Assembly (NCBI GenBank): GCA_021781835.1
Contig: JAJXWD010000002.1
Location: 21,288-85,287, forward strand
DNA length: 64,000 bases
Direction: 5' to 3'
From: Pseudomonadota bacterium
GTDB taxonomy: Bacteria > Pseudomonadota > Alphaproteobacteria > Acetobacterales > Acetobacteraceae
The notes under the pieces were generated by a model. It was not told the DNA's origin. It ran no database searches and saw only the letters and a program-made list of their open reading frames with translations. A program made the translations under genes and the position numbers. Below are positions 28,050-38,407 of the stretch, piece after piece. The stretch's first letter is position 1. The number at the start of each line of letters is the position of its first letter.

Positions 28050-29483
28050 ATGGCCGAGCGCATGCTGCAATTCATCAAACTGCCCCAGCAGACACCGACG
28101 AAACGCGAGGCGGCGGCGCGCAAGGACGATTTCAGCGAGATTTATGAGAGCTTCGAGCCGGGCTCGGCCAAGGCGCAGGCCAGCCGGTGCAGCCAGTGCG
28201 GCATTCCGTTTTGCTCGATGAACTGCCCGTTGGGCAACAACATCCCCGATTGGCTGAAGCTGACCGCCGAGGGGCGGCTCGAGGAGGCTTATGAGCTGTC
28301 TTCGGCCACCAACACCTTCCCCGAGATTTGCGGCCGCATCTGCCCGCAGGACCGGCTGTGCGAAGGCAATTGCGTGATCGAGAAAGGGTTTGATTCGGTC
28401 ACCATCGGCGCGGTCGAGCGCTATATCACCGATACGGCCTTCGCCAATGATTGGGTGAAGCCGGTTTCGCCGGCCGAGGAGCGCGAGCAGAGTGTTGGCA
28501 TCATCGGCGCCGGGCCAGCCGGGCTGGCGGCGGCCGAGCGGCTGCGCGGGCTGGGCTATCAGGTGACCGTGTATGACCGCCATGATCGCGTGGGCGGGCT
28601 GCTGATTTACGGTATTCCCGGCTTCAAGCTGGAAAAGGAGATTGTGCTGCGCCGCTGGAAATGGCTGGAGGAAGGCGGCGTGAAATTCGTGCTCAATGCC
28701 GATATCGGCGGCAAGATCCCATTTGCCCAGCTGCGCGCCGAGCATGGCGCGGTGCTGGTGGCCACCGGCGTTTACAAGGCCCGCGAACTGGGCGGGCCGG
28801 GCGCGGGGCTGAAGGGCATTGTGCCGGCGCTGGATTATCTCATCACCTCCAACCGCCGCGGCCTGGGCGATGCCACGCCGGAATTCGATTCGGGCGCGCT
28901 GAACGCGGCGGGCAAGGATGTGGTGGTGATCGGCGGTGGCGACACGGCCATGGATTGCGTGCGCACCGCCATCCGCCAGGGGGCGAAGTCGGTTTCCTGC
29001 CTCTATCGCCGCGACAGGCAGAACATGCCGGGCTCGCTGCGCGAGGTGAAGAACGCCGAGGAAGAGGGCGTGAACTTCATCTGGCTGGCCGCGCCCGAGG
29101 CGTTTTTGGGCGATGAGCAGGTTGCGGGCGTGCGCGCGGTGCGGATGCATCTGGGCCTGCCCGATGCGTCGGGGCGTCAGTCGGTGGAGGCCATCGAGGG
29201 CTCGCATTTCACGGTCAAGGCCGATCTGGTCATCAAGGCGCTGGGCTATGACCCCGAGGATATTCCCACCGCCTTCAATGAGCCGGGCCTCAACCTGACC
29301 AATTGGGGCACGCTCAAGGTTCATGCCCGCACGTTCGAGACCTCGCTGCCCGGCGTGTATGCCGCGGGCGATATCGTGCGCGGGGCCTCGCTGGTTGTGT
29401 GGGCGATCAAGGATGGGCGCGATGCCGCCCAGGCCATGCATAAACATTTTTCCGGCCTCTCCCAGGCCGCTGCCGCGGAGTAA
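28050..29483 (+). CDS. gltD: Glutamate synthase small subunit
   Basis: RCSQCGIPFC..CP, GRICPQDRLCE, GAGPAG, GGGDTAMDC and AGDIVRGASLVVWAI. Confidence 0.98.
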   Translation: MAERMLQFIKLPQQTPTKREAAARKDDFSEIYESFEPGSAKAQASRCSQCGIPFCSMNCPLGNNIPDWLKLTAEGRLEEAYELSSATNTFPEICGRICPQDRLCEGNCVIEKGFDSVTIGAVERYITDTAFANDWVKPVSPAEEREQSVGIIGAGPAGLAAAERLRGLGYQVTVYDRHDRVGGLLIYGIPGFKLEKEIVLRRWKWLEEGGVKFVLNADIGGKIPFAQLRAEHGAVLVATGVYKARELGGPGAGLKGIVPALDYLITSNRRGLGDATPEFDSGALNAAGKDVVVIGGGDTAMDCVRTAIRQGAKSVSCLYRRDRQNMPGSLREVKNAEEEGVNFIWLAAPEAFLGDEQVAGVRAVRMHLGLPDASGRQSVEAIEGSHFTVKADLVIKALGYDPEDIPTAFNEPGLNLTNWGTLKVHARTFETSLPGVYAAGDIVRGASLVVWAIKDGRDAAQAMHKHFSGLSQAAAAE

Positions 29484-29488
29484 GACAG

Positions 29489-32400
29489 ATGAATTTTGAA
29501 ACCGCCCCCGAATTTCTGGCTGCCTGGGATAAGAACAAGCAGATTCTGGCCGAAACCTATGCGCTTTCGATGGAGCACGATGCCTGCGGCGTCGGGCTGG
29601 TGGCGGCGCTGGATGGCAAGCCGCGCCGCGATATTGTGCAGGCGGGCATAGATGCGCTGAAAGCCGTGTGGCACCGCGGCGCCGTGGATGCCGACGGCAA
29701 GACCGGCGACGGCGCGGGCATTCATGTCGAGATTCCGCAGGATTTCTTCGGCGCGGAAGTGAAGCGCGGCGGCGACCGGCTGCATGACGGGCCGATCGCG
29801 GTGGGCATGGTGTTTTTGCCCAAGACCGATTTGGGCGCGCAGGAAACCTGCCGCCAGATCGTCGAGACCGAGATTTTGAATTTCGGCTTCCGCATTTACG
29901 GCTGGCGCCAGGTGCCGATCAATGTCGAGTGCATCGGCGAGAAGGCCAATGCCACGCGCCCCGAGATCGAGCAGATCATGCTCTGGAATCCGCGCGGGAT
30001 TTCGGAGGATGAGTTCGAGCGCGAGCTTTATATCATCCGCCGCAAGATCGAGAAGGCGGCCATCGCCGCGCAGGTGCCCGAGCTGTACCTCTGCTCGCTC
30101 TCCTGCCGCTCGATTGTCTATAAAGGCATGTTCCTGGCCGAGAGTCTGACGGATTTCTACCCCGACCTGCTCGACCACCGGTTTGTTTCGCGCTTTGCCA
30201 TCTATCACCAGCGCTACTCGACCAACACCTTCCCCACCTGGAAGCTGGCCCAGCCCTTCCGCATGCTCGCGCATAATGGCGAGATCAACACGGTGGCCGG
30301 CAATATCAACTGGATGACCAGCCATGAGACGCGGCTTTCGGCCGAGGGGCTGGATGAGTTTCTGGATTATGTGAAGCCGGTGGTGCAGGCGGGCGGCTCG
30401 GATACCGCTGCGCTCGACAATGTGTTTGAGCTGCTGGTGCGCGCCGGGCGCGATGCGCCCATGGCCAAGGCGCTGATGATTCCGCCCTCGATCGCCAATG
30501 ACGCCACCATGTCCAAGGCGCACCGCGATTTGTTCTCGTACTGCAACGCCGTGATGGAGCCGTGGGACGGCCCGGCCGCCGTGTGCGCGAGCGATGGGCG
30601 GTTTGTGATCGCCGGGCTCGACCGCAACGGCCTGCGGCCGCTGCGTTACTCGATCACGCGCAACAAGATGCTGATTGTCGGCTCGGAAACCGGCATGGTG
30701 AAGTTCGACGAGGAGGACATTGTCGAGAAAGGCGCGGTGGGGCCAGGGCAGACGATTGGCGTCGATCTGGGCGAGGCCAGATTCTACACCGACCATGAGA
30801 TGAAGGACATGCTGGCCGCGCGCCAGGATTTCGGCGCCTGGGTGAAGCGGATCACGGTCATCGACCATATCGTGAAAACCGATGCGCCCGAGCCTGTGCG
30901 GCTGGATGCCGAGGAGCTGCGCCGCCGCCAGCTCTCGGTCGGCTTCACGCTCGAGGATATGGAACTCATCCTGCACCCGATGGTGGATGATGCCCAGGAA
31001 GCCGTGGGCTCGATGGGCGACGACACGCCACTCGCCGTGCTTTCGGAAAAATACCGGGGGCTGCACGCTTATTTCCGCCAGACCTTCTCGCAGGTGACCA
31101 ACCCGGCGATCGATTCTTTGCGCGAGACCCGGGTGATGTCGCTTAAAACCCGGCTCGGCAATCTGGGCAATGTGCTCGATGAGGACGAGAACCAGTGCGA
31201 CCTGTTGCAGCTCGACAGCCCCGTGCTCTCGACCGCCGAGTTCGAGGCCATGCGCAAGACCATGGGCGCCTCGGCCTGTGTGGTGGACTGCACCTTTAAG
31301 GTCGCGAACGGCGAGGGCGGCTTGCGCCGGGCCATCGAGCGCATCCGCCGCGAAGCCGAGGAAGGCGTGCGCGCGGGCTGCACGCATGTCATCCTCACCG
31401 ATGAGGCGATGGGCCCGCAGCGCGCGCCCATCCCGATGATCCTGGCCACCGGCGCCGTGCACACGCATCTGGTCCGCCAGTCGCTCCGCACCTTCACCTC
31501 GCTCAATGTGCGCGCGGCCGAGTGCCTGGATGTGCATTATTTCGCGGTGCTGGTGGGCGTGGGCGCGACCACGGTGAACGCCTATCTGGCGCAGGAATGC
31601 ATAGCGGACCGCCATGCGCGCGGGCTGTTTGGCAAGCTCTCGCTTAAGGAAGCCGTGGGCCGCTACAAGAAGGCGGTGGACAAGGGGCTGCTGAAAGTGA
31701 TGTCGAAGCTCGGCATCTCGGTCATTTCCTCCTATCGCGGCGGCTATAATTTCGAGGCCATCGGGCTCTCGCGCCAGCTGGTGGGCGAGTTTTTCCCCGG
31801 CATGCCCTCGCGCATCTCGGGCATTGGTCTGCCGGGCGTTGCCCATAAGGTGCTCGAGCTGCACAAGGGCGCGTGGAACGGCAATGTGGTGCCGCTCGAC
31901 ATTGGCGGCCAGTACCGGCTGCGCAAGACCGGCGAGACCCATGCGTTTGACAATAACGCCGTGCATCTGCTGCAAGCCGCGGTGAATACCGGCTCTTACC
32001 GCACCTACAAGAAATATACCGAGGCCGTGCGCAAGCAAAAGCCGATCGCCATCCGCGATCTGCTGGATTTCCGCACCGATGGGCTGAAATCCATCTCGGT
32101 GGATGAGGTGGAGAGCATCACCGAAATCCGCAAGCGCCTGCTGGCGCCGGGCATTTCGCTGGGCGCGCTGTCTCCCGAAGCCCATGAGACGCTCTCGATC
32201 GCCATGAACCGCATCGGCGCGCGCTCGGATTCGGGCGAGGGCGGCGAGGATCCCACGCGTGCCGAGCCGCGCGCGAATGGCGACAACGCCTCGTCGGCCA
32301 TCAAGCAAATCGCCTCGGGGCGGTTTGGCGTGACGGCGGAATATCTGAACGATTGCAAGGAGATCGAGATCAAGGTCGCGCAGGGCGCCAAGCCCGGCGA

Positions 32401-34021
32401 GGGCGGGCAGCTGCCCGGCTTCAAGGTGACCGAGCTGATTGCCAAGCTGCGCCACTCGACGCCCGGCGTGACGCTGATCAGCCCGCCGCCGCATCATGAC
32501 ATCTATTCGATCGAGGATCTGGCTCAGCTTATTTACGACCTGAAGCAGATCAACCCGCGCGCCAGCGTGTGCGTGAAGCTCGTGGCGCGCTCGGGCATTG
32601 GCACCATCGCTGCGGGCGTGGCCAAGGCCAAGGCCGATGCCATTTTGGTCTCGGGCCATGTGGGCGGCACCGGCGCCTCGCCGCAATCCTCGGTGAAATA
32701 CGCGGGCCTGCCATGGGAAATGGGGCTGTCGGAGACGCATCAGGTGTTGATGCTCAACCGGCTGCGCCACCAGGTGGTGCTGCGCACGGATGGCGGCCTC
32801 AAAACCGGCCGCGATGTGGTGATCGCCGCGCTGCTGGGCGCCGAGGAGTTTGGCATCGGCACGGCTTCGCTGGTGGCCATGGGCTGCATCATGGTGCGCC
32901 AGTGCCACTCGAACACCTGCCCCGTGGGCGTGTGCGTGCAAGATGAGGGGCTGCGCGAGAAATTCGAGGGCACGCCCGAGAAGGTGATCAACCTGTTCTC
33001 GTTCGTGGCCGAGGAGGTGCGCGAGATTTTGGCGAGCCTCGGCTTCAAGAGCCTGAAGGAGATCGTCGGCCGCACGGACCTTTTGCATCAGGTTTCGCGT
33101 GGCGCCGATTATCTCGACGATCTCGACCTGAACCCGCTGCTGGCCCAGGCCGACCCCGGCCCCTATGCGCGCTATTGCACCCGCGAGGGGCGCAACGAGG
33201 TGCCCGAGACGCTGGATGCCCAGATGATCGCCGATGCCCAGCCTTTCTTCCAAAATGGCGAGAAGATGCAGTTGCAGTACAATATCCGCAACACGCACCG
33301 CGCCATCGGCACCAAGTTCAGCTCCCAGGTGGTGGCCAAGTACCGCAAGGCGAGCTTGCAGCAAGACCACGTGACCGTGCGGTTGCGCGGCTCGGCGGGG
33401 CAGTCTCTCGGCGCGTTTGGCGTGCGGGGGTTGAAGCTCGAAGTGTTTGGCGATGCCAATGACTATGTGGGCAAGGGCTTGTCGGGGGCGACCATCGTGG
33501 TGCGCACCGGGCCGTCCTCGAAGCTCAAGACCAATGAGAACACCATTATCGGTAATACGGTGCTCTATGGCGCGACTTCGGGCGAGCTTTATGCGGCGGG
33601 TATGGCGGGGGAACGCTTTGCGGTGCGTAACTCGGGCGCCACGGCGGTGGTCGAGGGCGCGGGCTGCAATGCGCTCGAATACATGACCGGCGGCATGGTG
33701 GTGATTTTGGGCGAGGTCGGCGATAATTTCGGCGCGGGCTTCACCGGCGGCATGGCGTTTGTCTATGACAAGGCGCAGAAATTCGAGATGCGCGTGAACC
33801 CCGATACGCTGCATTGGCAGCGTGTGGCCGCCAGCCATTGGGCGGGCGTGCTCAAGGGGCTGGTTGAGCGCCATGTGGCCGAGACCGAAAGCCGCTTCGC
33901 CGCCACGCTGCTCAATGACTGGGAGCGCGAGGCGCCGCATTTCTGGCAGGTGGTGCCCAAGGAGTACATCAAATATCTGCCCGCCGCGCTGACCGATGCC
34001 GTGGAGGCCGCAAGCGCCTGA
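29489..34021 (+). CDS. gltB: Glutamate synthase large subunit
   Basis: EHDA-CGVG, HRGA, DGAG, HQRYSTNT, KQIASGRFGV, GAKPGEGGQLPG, C..VRQCHSNTCPVG and a GXGXG C-terminal domain. Confidence 0.99.
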   Translation: MNFETAPEFLAAWDKNKQILAETYALSMEHDACGVGLVAALDGKPRRDIVQAGIDALKAVWHRGAVDADGKTGDGAGIHVEIPQDFFGAEVKRGGDRLHDGPIAVGMVFLPKTDLGAQETCRQIVETEILNFGFRIYGWRQVPINVECIGEKANATRPEIEQIMLWNPRGISEDEFERELYIIRRKIEKAAIAAQVPELYLCSLSCRSIVYKGMFLAESLTDFYPDLLDHRFVSRFAIYHQRYSTNTFPTWKLAQPFRMLAHNGEINTVAGNINWMTSHETRLSAEGLDEFLDYVKPVVQAGGSDTAALDNVFELLVRAGRDAPMAKALMIPPSIANDATMSKAHRDLFSYCNAVMEPWDGPAAVCASDGRFVIAGLDRNGLRPLRYSITRNKMLIVGSETGMVKFDEEDIVEKGAVGPGQTIGVDLGEARFYTDHEMKDMLAARQDFGAWVKRITVIDHIVKTDAPEPVRLDAEELRRRQLSVGFTLEDMELILHPMVDDAQEAVGSMGDDTPLAVLSEKYRGLHAYFRQTFSQVTNPAIDSLRETRVMSLKTRLGNLGNVLDEDENQCDLLQLDSPVLSTAEFEAMRKTMGASACVVDCTFKVANGEGGLRRAIERIRREAEEGVRAGCTHVILTDEAMGPQRAPIPMILATGAVHTHLVRQSLRTFTSLNVRAAECLDVHYFAVLVGVGATTVNAYLAQECIADRHARGLFGKLSLKEAVGRYKKAVDKGLLKVMSKLGISVISSYRGGYNFEAIGLSRQLVGEFFPGMPSRISGIGLPGVAHKVLELHKGAWNGNVVPLDIGGQYRLRKTGETHAFDNNAVHLLQAAVNTGSYRTYKKYTEAVRKQKPIAIRDLLDFRTDGLKSISVDEVESITEIRKRLLAPGISLGALSPEAHETLSIAMNRIGARSDSGEGGEDPTRAEPRANGDNASSAIKQIASGRFGVTAEYLNDCKEIEIKVAQGAKPGEGGQLPGFKVTELIAKLRHSTPGVTLISPPPHHDIYSIEDLAQLIYDLKQINPRASVCVKLVARSGIGTIAAGVAKAKADAILVSGHVGGTGASPQSSVKYAGLPWEMGLSETHQVLMLNRLRHQVVLRTDGGLKTGRDVVIAALLGAEEFGIGTASLVAMGCIMVRQCHSNTCPVGVCVQDEGLREKFEGTPEKVINLFSFVAEEVREILASLGFKSLKEIVGRTDLLHQVSRGADYLDDLDLNPLLAQADPGPYARYCTREGRNEVPETLDAQMIADAQPFFQNGEKMQLQYNIRNTHRAIGTKFSSQVVAKYRKASLQQDHVTVRLRGSAGQSLGAFGVRGLKLEVFGDANDYVGKGLSGATIVVRTGPSSKLKTNENTIIGNTVLYGATSGELYAAGMAGERFAVRNSGATAVVEGAGCNALEYMTGGMVVILGEVGDNFGAGFTGGMAFVYDKAQKFEMRVNPDTLHWQRVAASHWAGVLKGLVERHVAETESRFAATLLNDWEREAPHFWQVVPKEYIKYLPAALTDAVEAASA

Positions 34022-34033
34022 CGGATTTGCAAT

Positions 34034-34065
34034 TCACCGCCGGCTTTGAATTGGGCCGGCGGTGA
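34034..34065. terminator. Stem-loop after gltB (probable terminator)
   Basis: 11-bp inverted repeat TCACCGCCGGC/GCCGGCGGTGA; no U-tract. Confidence 0.5.
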
Positions 34066-34082
34066 TGGCATAAGCTTTGACC

Positions 34083-34751
34083 ATGCGAATCCTTTATCAT
34101 CTGCCGTTATCGCCTTATTCACGCAAAGTGCGGCTTGTGCTGGCCGAAAAACGCCTGCCGTTCGAGATGAGGATGGAGAAGGTGTGGGAGCGCGCGCCGA
34201 GCTATCTCGAGCTCAACCCCGCCTGCACCGTGCCCACCCTGGTGGAGAGCAACGGGCTGGTGGTGCCCGATTCACGGGTGATTTGCGAATATCTCGAGGA
34301 AGCCTACCCGGATGTGCCGCTGCTCAGCCATGAGTTTGAGGAGCGGGTGGAGACCAGGCGGCTGGTGGCCTGGTTCGATGAGAAATTTTTCTCCGAGGTG
34401 ACACGGCATCTGCTGTGGGAAAAAACCATGAAGCAGGCGCTGAAGCTGGGGCCGCCCGATGCCAACGCCCTGCGCGCGGGCTATGCCAATCTCAAGCAGC
34501 ATCTGGTTTATATCGGCTGGCTGGCCGAGCATCGGCGCTGGCTGGCGGGGGATAATCTCTCGCTGGCCGATTTCGCGGCGGCCGCGCAGCTCTCGGCGCT
34601 GGATTATCTGGGCGATGTGGACTGGTCGGCAAGCCAGGGTGCGCGCGACTGGTATGCCAAGATCAAGAGCCGCCCCTCCTTCCGGGCCATTTTGCAGGAC
34701 AAGGTGAACGGCATCGCGCCGCCGCCCCATTATACCGACCTGGATTTTTAA
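34083..34751 (+). CDS. fzlA: Glutathione S-transferase-like protein, FzlA-like
   Basis: LYHLPLSPYSRKVRL.LAEK, LNPA..VP, LSLADFAAAA.LS.LDY and WY..IKSRPSFR..L.D...G..PP.HY.DLDF as recalled for FzlA. The symbol is tentative. Confidence 0.75.
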   Translation: MRILYHLPLSPYSRKVRLVLAEKRLPFEMRMEKVWERAPSYLELNPACTVPTLVESNGLVVPDSRVICEYLEEAYPDVPLLSHEFEERVETRRLVAWFDEKFFSEVTRHLLWEKTMKQALKLGPPDANALRAGYANLKQHLVYIGWLAEHRRWLAGDNLSLADFAAAAQLSALDYLGDVDWSASQGARDWYAKIKSRPSFRAILQDKVNGIAPPPHYTDLDF

Positions 34752-34754
34752 GCC

Positions 34755-35609
34755 GTGGCGCCAAGCGGGCGGCTGCTGATTTTTGGCCTGGGCTATTCGG
34801 GGCGGGCCATTGCGCGTGCTGCTGTGGCAGCCGGATGGCGGGTGGCGGCCACCACGCGGGGCGGCGCGGTCGATGAGCCGGGTATTGAGCTGGTGGCGTT
34901 TGACGCTGCCGCTGGGGCGATTGCCGAGGCGAGTCACGTGGTGGCGACCGCCGCGCCGCTCGAGGCCGGGGATCCGGTGCTGGGGCGCTACCGCGATGAG
35001 ATTTTGGCGGCTCCCGAGCTTCGCTGGATCGGCTATCTCTCCACCACCGGCGTTTATGGCGATGCCGCGGGTGGCTGGGTGGATGAGGAGACGCCGGTGA
35101 ACCCCGGCTCTGAGCGCACCAGGCGGCGGGTGGCGGCTGAGAGTGACTGGGCGGCGCTGGGCAAGCCCTTGGCCATTTGCCGTCTGGCCGGGATTTATGG
35201 CCCAGGGCGCTCGATGTTGGATGATTTGCGGGCAGGCGAGGGACGCCATGTGGTCAAGCCCGGGCATTTGTTCGGGCGTATCCATGTCGAGGATATTGCC
35301 TTGGGCGTGCTGGCCGCCGCCCGGCAAGAGGCCTCGGGCATTTTCAATTTCGCCGATGATGAGCCCGCCACCTCGGCCGAGGTGCTGTGCGAGGCCGCGC
35401 GGCTGTTGGGGGTGGCGCCACCGCCGCCCGTGGCATTTGCGCGGGCGGTGCAGGGCATGAGCCCGATGGCGCGCTCATTTTGGGCCGAAAACCGCCGGGT
35501 GAGCGCTGAGAAGACCAAGGCAAGGCTCGGAATTTGCTGGAAATACCCGAGCTACCGGGCGGGGCTGTCAGCCATCCTCGCCGAGCAGGGCGGCGACAAT
35601 GCGCGTTAG
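34755..35609 (+). CDS. SDR / NAD-dependent epimerase-family protein (YeeZ-like)
   Basis: FGLGYSG, YLSTTGVYGD, RLAGIYGPGR, RIHVEDIA and YPSYRAGL. Confidence 0.9.
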   Translation: MAPSGRLLIFGLGYSGRAIARAAVAAGWRVAATTRGGAVDEPGIELVAFDAAAGAIAEASHVVATAAPLEAGDPVLGRYRDEILAAPELRWIGYLSTTGVYGDAAGGWVDEETPVNPGSERTRRRVAAESDWAALGKPLAICRLAGIYGPGRSMLDDLRAGEGRHVVKPGHLFGRIHVEDIALGVLAAARQEASGIFNFADDEPATSAEVLCEAARLLGVAPPPPVAFARAVQGMSPMARSFWAENRRVSAEKTKARLGICWKYPSYRAGLSAILAEQGGDNAR

Positions 35610-36314
35610 CAGGGCAAGGTCGCGCGGGCGGGCCAGGCGGTGGTCGCCATCCTTTACAAAGACCAGCTCAACATCCTGACTTTCCAGCTTATCGAGCAGG
35701 ATTTCGCTCAATTTCCAGGGCACGGCATCGTCTTGCAACCCGTGCAGGATGCGCACCGGGCCCGCATAGGCGATGGGGGCGTGCAGGAGCAGATGGCGGG
35801 CGCCGTCTTCGAGCAATTTGAGGGTGAAGGGCTGGGGCGGGCCATATTGCGAGGGCTGGTGGATGACGCCATCACGCGCGAGGGCGGCTTTTTGCTCATC
35901 ATCAAGGCCATGGCGCACCAGGCGCTCGGTGAAATCCGGGGCGGGGGCGATGAGCACCAGGGAGGTGACGCGCGCGCCCAGCTCGCGGGCCAGCAGCAGC
36001 GAAATCCAGCCGCCCATGGAGGAGCCGATGAGCAGAATGTCCTGGCCGGGCAGCACATGTTCGATGATGGCGCGGGCATCATCGCGCCAGGAGCCGATGG
36101 TGCCTTGGGTGAACAGACCGCCCGAGGCGCCATGGCCCGCATAATCAAACCGCAGCATGGCCCGGCCGGTGGCCTTGGCGAAATCGAGCAGAGCCAGGGC
36201 CTTGCCGCCGGTCATGTCCGAGGCGTAGCCGGGGCAGAAGACCAGCGCGGGGCCTTTGCCCGGCTGAAACTCATAGGCCAGATCCACGCCCTCGGCGCTG
36301 GTCACATGTGGCAT
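35568..36314 (-). CDS. Alpha/beta hydrolase (ABHD10-like)
   Basis: GYASDM.G.KA, RFDYAGHG.S.G, GSSMGG, APAPDF and DGDHRL. Confidence 0.9.
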   Translation of the reverse strand: MPHVTSAEGVDLAYEFQPGKGPALVFCPGYASDMTGGKALALLDFAKATGRAMLRFDYAGHGASGGLFTQGTIGSWRDDARAIIEHVLPGQDILLIGSSMGGWISLLLARELGARVTSLVLIAPAPDFTERLVRHGLDDEQKAALARDGVIHQPSQYGPPQPFTLKLLEDGARHLLLHAPIAYAGPVRILHGLQDDAVPWKLSEILLDKLESQDVELVFVKDGDHRLARPRDLALLTRIVAALLGEDG

Positions 36315-36357
36315 TCCTCATCTCCCATCGTTTGGCAAAACATGATAGCGCGCCGGT

Positions 36358-37491
36358 ATGAAAGACCGCCGTTTGACGATTCTCCAGATCCTGCCCCGTC
36401 TTGCCATGGGCGGTGCCGAGCGGGTAGCCATTGAAACCGCCGAGGCCATAAAATCGAGCGGCCACCGCGCCTTGATCGGCGCGCAGAGCGGGCCGTTCGC
36501 CGCGGCCGCCACCCGGGCGGGGGCGGAGCTGGTGACCTTGCCACTGGCGACCAAGAACCCGTTTAAGATCTGGCGCAATATCGGGCGGCTGGAGCGGGTG
36601 ATGGCGCGCGAGGGGGTGGATCTCGTGCATGCCCATTCGCGCGCGCCCGCTTGGTCGGCTTATTACGCGGCACGGCGGCGCAAGGTGCCGTTCGTCACCT
36701 CATATCATGGCGCCTATGGCGAAAATTCGGGCCTCAAGCACCGCTATAACCAAGTGATGGCGCGGGGCGACCTGATTGTGGTGCCGAGCCGGTTTATCGC
36801 CGAGCTGGTGATGAGCCGCTATGGCGTGCCCGAATCGCGGGTGAGGGTGGTGCATGGCGGGGTCAACCCGCACCTGTTCGACCCCGCCGCCGTGCTGGGC
36901 GACCGGGTTTCGCGCCTGGCCAAGGCCTGGCGGCTGGATGTGAGCCGGCCCGTGATTATGCTGCCCGCGCGGTTGACGACGCTGAAGGGCCACAAGCTGC
37001 TGATAGAGGCGCTGGCCCGGATGCGCCATACGGATGTGCTGGCCGTGTGCGTGGGCGCGGCCGGACGCCCGGCTTATATGCAGAGCCTGCTGGCCCTGGC
37101 GCGCCAGGGCGGCGTTGAGGACCGGCTGCGGCTGGTGGGCACATGCGATGACATGCCCGCCGCCATGATGCTGGCCGATGTGGTGGTGAATGCCTCGGTG
37201 CAGCCGGAATCGTTCGGGCTGACCATCATCGAGGGCCAGGCGATGGGCCGGGTGGTGGTGGCCGCCGGCCATGGCGGCGCGCTGGAGACGGTGCGCCCCG
37301 GCGAGACCGGGTTTTTGTTCCCCCCCGGCGATGCCCCGGCGCTGGCCGCCATGCTCGACCAGGCGCTGGATATGCCAGCCCTGGTGCGCATTGCCTTTGG
37401 GCAGGTGGCGCGGGCCGAGGCGGTGCGGGAATTTTCCATCGAGGCGATGCAGCTGCGTATGCTCGCCCTTTATGCCGAGCTGCTGCCATGA
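36358..37491 (+). CDS. GT4 glycosyltransferase
   Basis: GGAER, HAHSRAPAW, ARLTTLKGH and ESFGLTIIE (EX7E). Confidence 0.92.
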   Translation: MKDRRLTILQILPRLAMGGAERVAIETAEAIKSSGHRALIGAQSGPFAAAATRAGAELVTLPLATKNPFKIWRNIGRLERVMAREGVDLVHAHSRAPAWSAYYAARRRKVPFVTSYHGAYGENSGLKHRYNQVMARGDLIVVPSRFIAELVMSRYGVPESRVRVVHGGVNPHLFDPAAVLGDRVSRLAKAWRLDVSRPVIMLPARLTTLKGHKLLIEALARMRHTDVLAVCVGAAGRPAYMQSLLALARQGGVEDRLRLVGTCDDMPAAMMLADVVVNASVQPESFGLTIIEGQAMGRVVVAAGHGGALETVRPGETGFLFPPGDAPALAAMLDQALDMPALVRIAFGQVARAEAVREFSIEAMQLRMLALYAELLP

Positions 37492-38375
37492 GGCGGGTGC
37501 TGGTGATCCGCCATGGCGCGTTTGGCGATATCGTGCTGGCTTTTGCCGGATTTGCCGCCATCCGGGCGCATCATCCGGGCGCGCATATCACCCTGCTGAC
37601 CACCAGACCCTTCGCCGGAATGATGGCCCACGCGCCCTGGTTTGACGAGGTGCTGGTGGATGACAAGCCAGACTGGTGGAACCTCGCCGGGGTTTGGCGC
37701 CTGCGCGGCCAGCTGCGCGGGTTCGACATGGTCTATGACCTGCAAAATTCCGGCCGCTCCCGCCGCTATTTCGCGCTGGCCGGACGGCCGGTTTGGTCTG
37801 GCACCGCCAAGGGCTGCGCGCTGCGCGACGCCAACCCGGCGCGCATGACGCTGCACGCCAAGGAGCGGATGGAAGCGCAATTGGCCCAGGCCGGTATGGC
37901 GCTGCCCTTGCCGGCACCCGATCTGGGCTGGCTGAGCGGGGATATAGCGGCCCTTTCGCTGCCGCCGCGCTATGTGGTGCTGGTGCCGGGCGCGGCCCCG
38001 CACCGGCCCGAGAAACGCTGGCCGGTGGGCCATTTCAAGGCGCTGGCCGAGGGGCTGGACAGGCCGGTTGTGGTGGTGGGCAGCCGCGCCGAGGCGGGGC
38101 TTGGCGAGGAAATCGGGGGCATCAACCTTGCCGGGCGCACGGATTTCTTTCAACTCGCCGATGTGCTGCGCGGGGCGGATTTCGCGGTGGGCAACGATAC
38201 CGGCCCCATGCACCTGGCCGCCGCCGTGGGCACGCCTTGCGTGTCGCTGTTCTCGAACGCCTCCGACCCCGCCTGCTCGGCGCCCCGCTACCCCGATGGC
38301 GGCTGGCCGATAATTTTGCGCGCCCCACATCTGGCCGGGCTGGCGGTTGCACAAGTGCGCGAAGCCCTGCCATAA
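37488..38375 (+). CDS. GT9 heptosyltransferase-like glycosyltransferase
   Basis: GAFGDIV, YDLQNS, PGAA..EKRWP and [12 protein letters not shown]. Confidence 0.92.
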   Translation: MRRVLVIRHGAFGDIVLAFAGFAAIRAHHPGAHITLLTTRPFAGMMAHAPWFDEVLVDDKPDWWNLAGVWRLRGQLRGFDMVYDLQNSGRSRRYFALAGRPVWSGTAKGCALRDANPARMTLHAKERMEAQLAQAGMALPLPAPDLGWLSGDIAALSLPPRYVVLVPGAAPHRPEKRWPVGHFKALAEGLDRPVVVVGSRAEAGLGEEIGGINLAGRTDFFQLADVLRGADFAVGNDTGPMHLAAAVGTPCVSLFSNASDPACSAPRYPDGGWPIILRAPHLAGLAVAQVREALP

Positions 38376-38407
38376 CGCGCCTGATTTTTGCACCGAAAGA
38401 GAGAGAC

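Noticed and set aside
29321-33940. 1539-aa minus-strand ORF
   Set aside because: Antisense shadow of gltB; stop-poor because of high-GC codon bias, with no recognisable motifs.
37793-38407. 205-aa N-terminal extension of thrS in the ORF track
   Set aside because: It overlaps the GT9 gene in another frame; the real start is MPVITLPDG at 38408.
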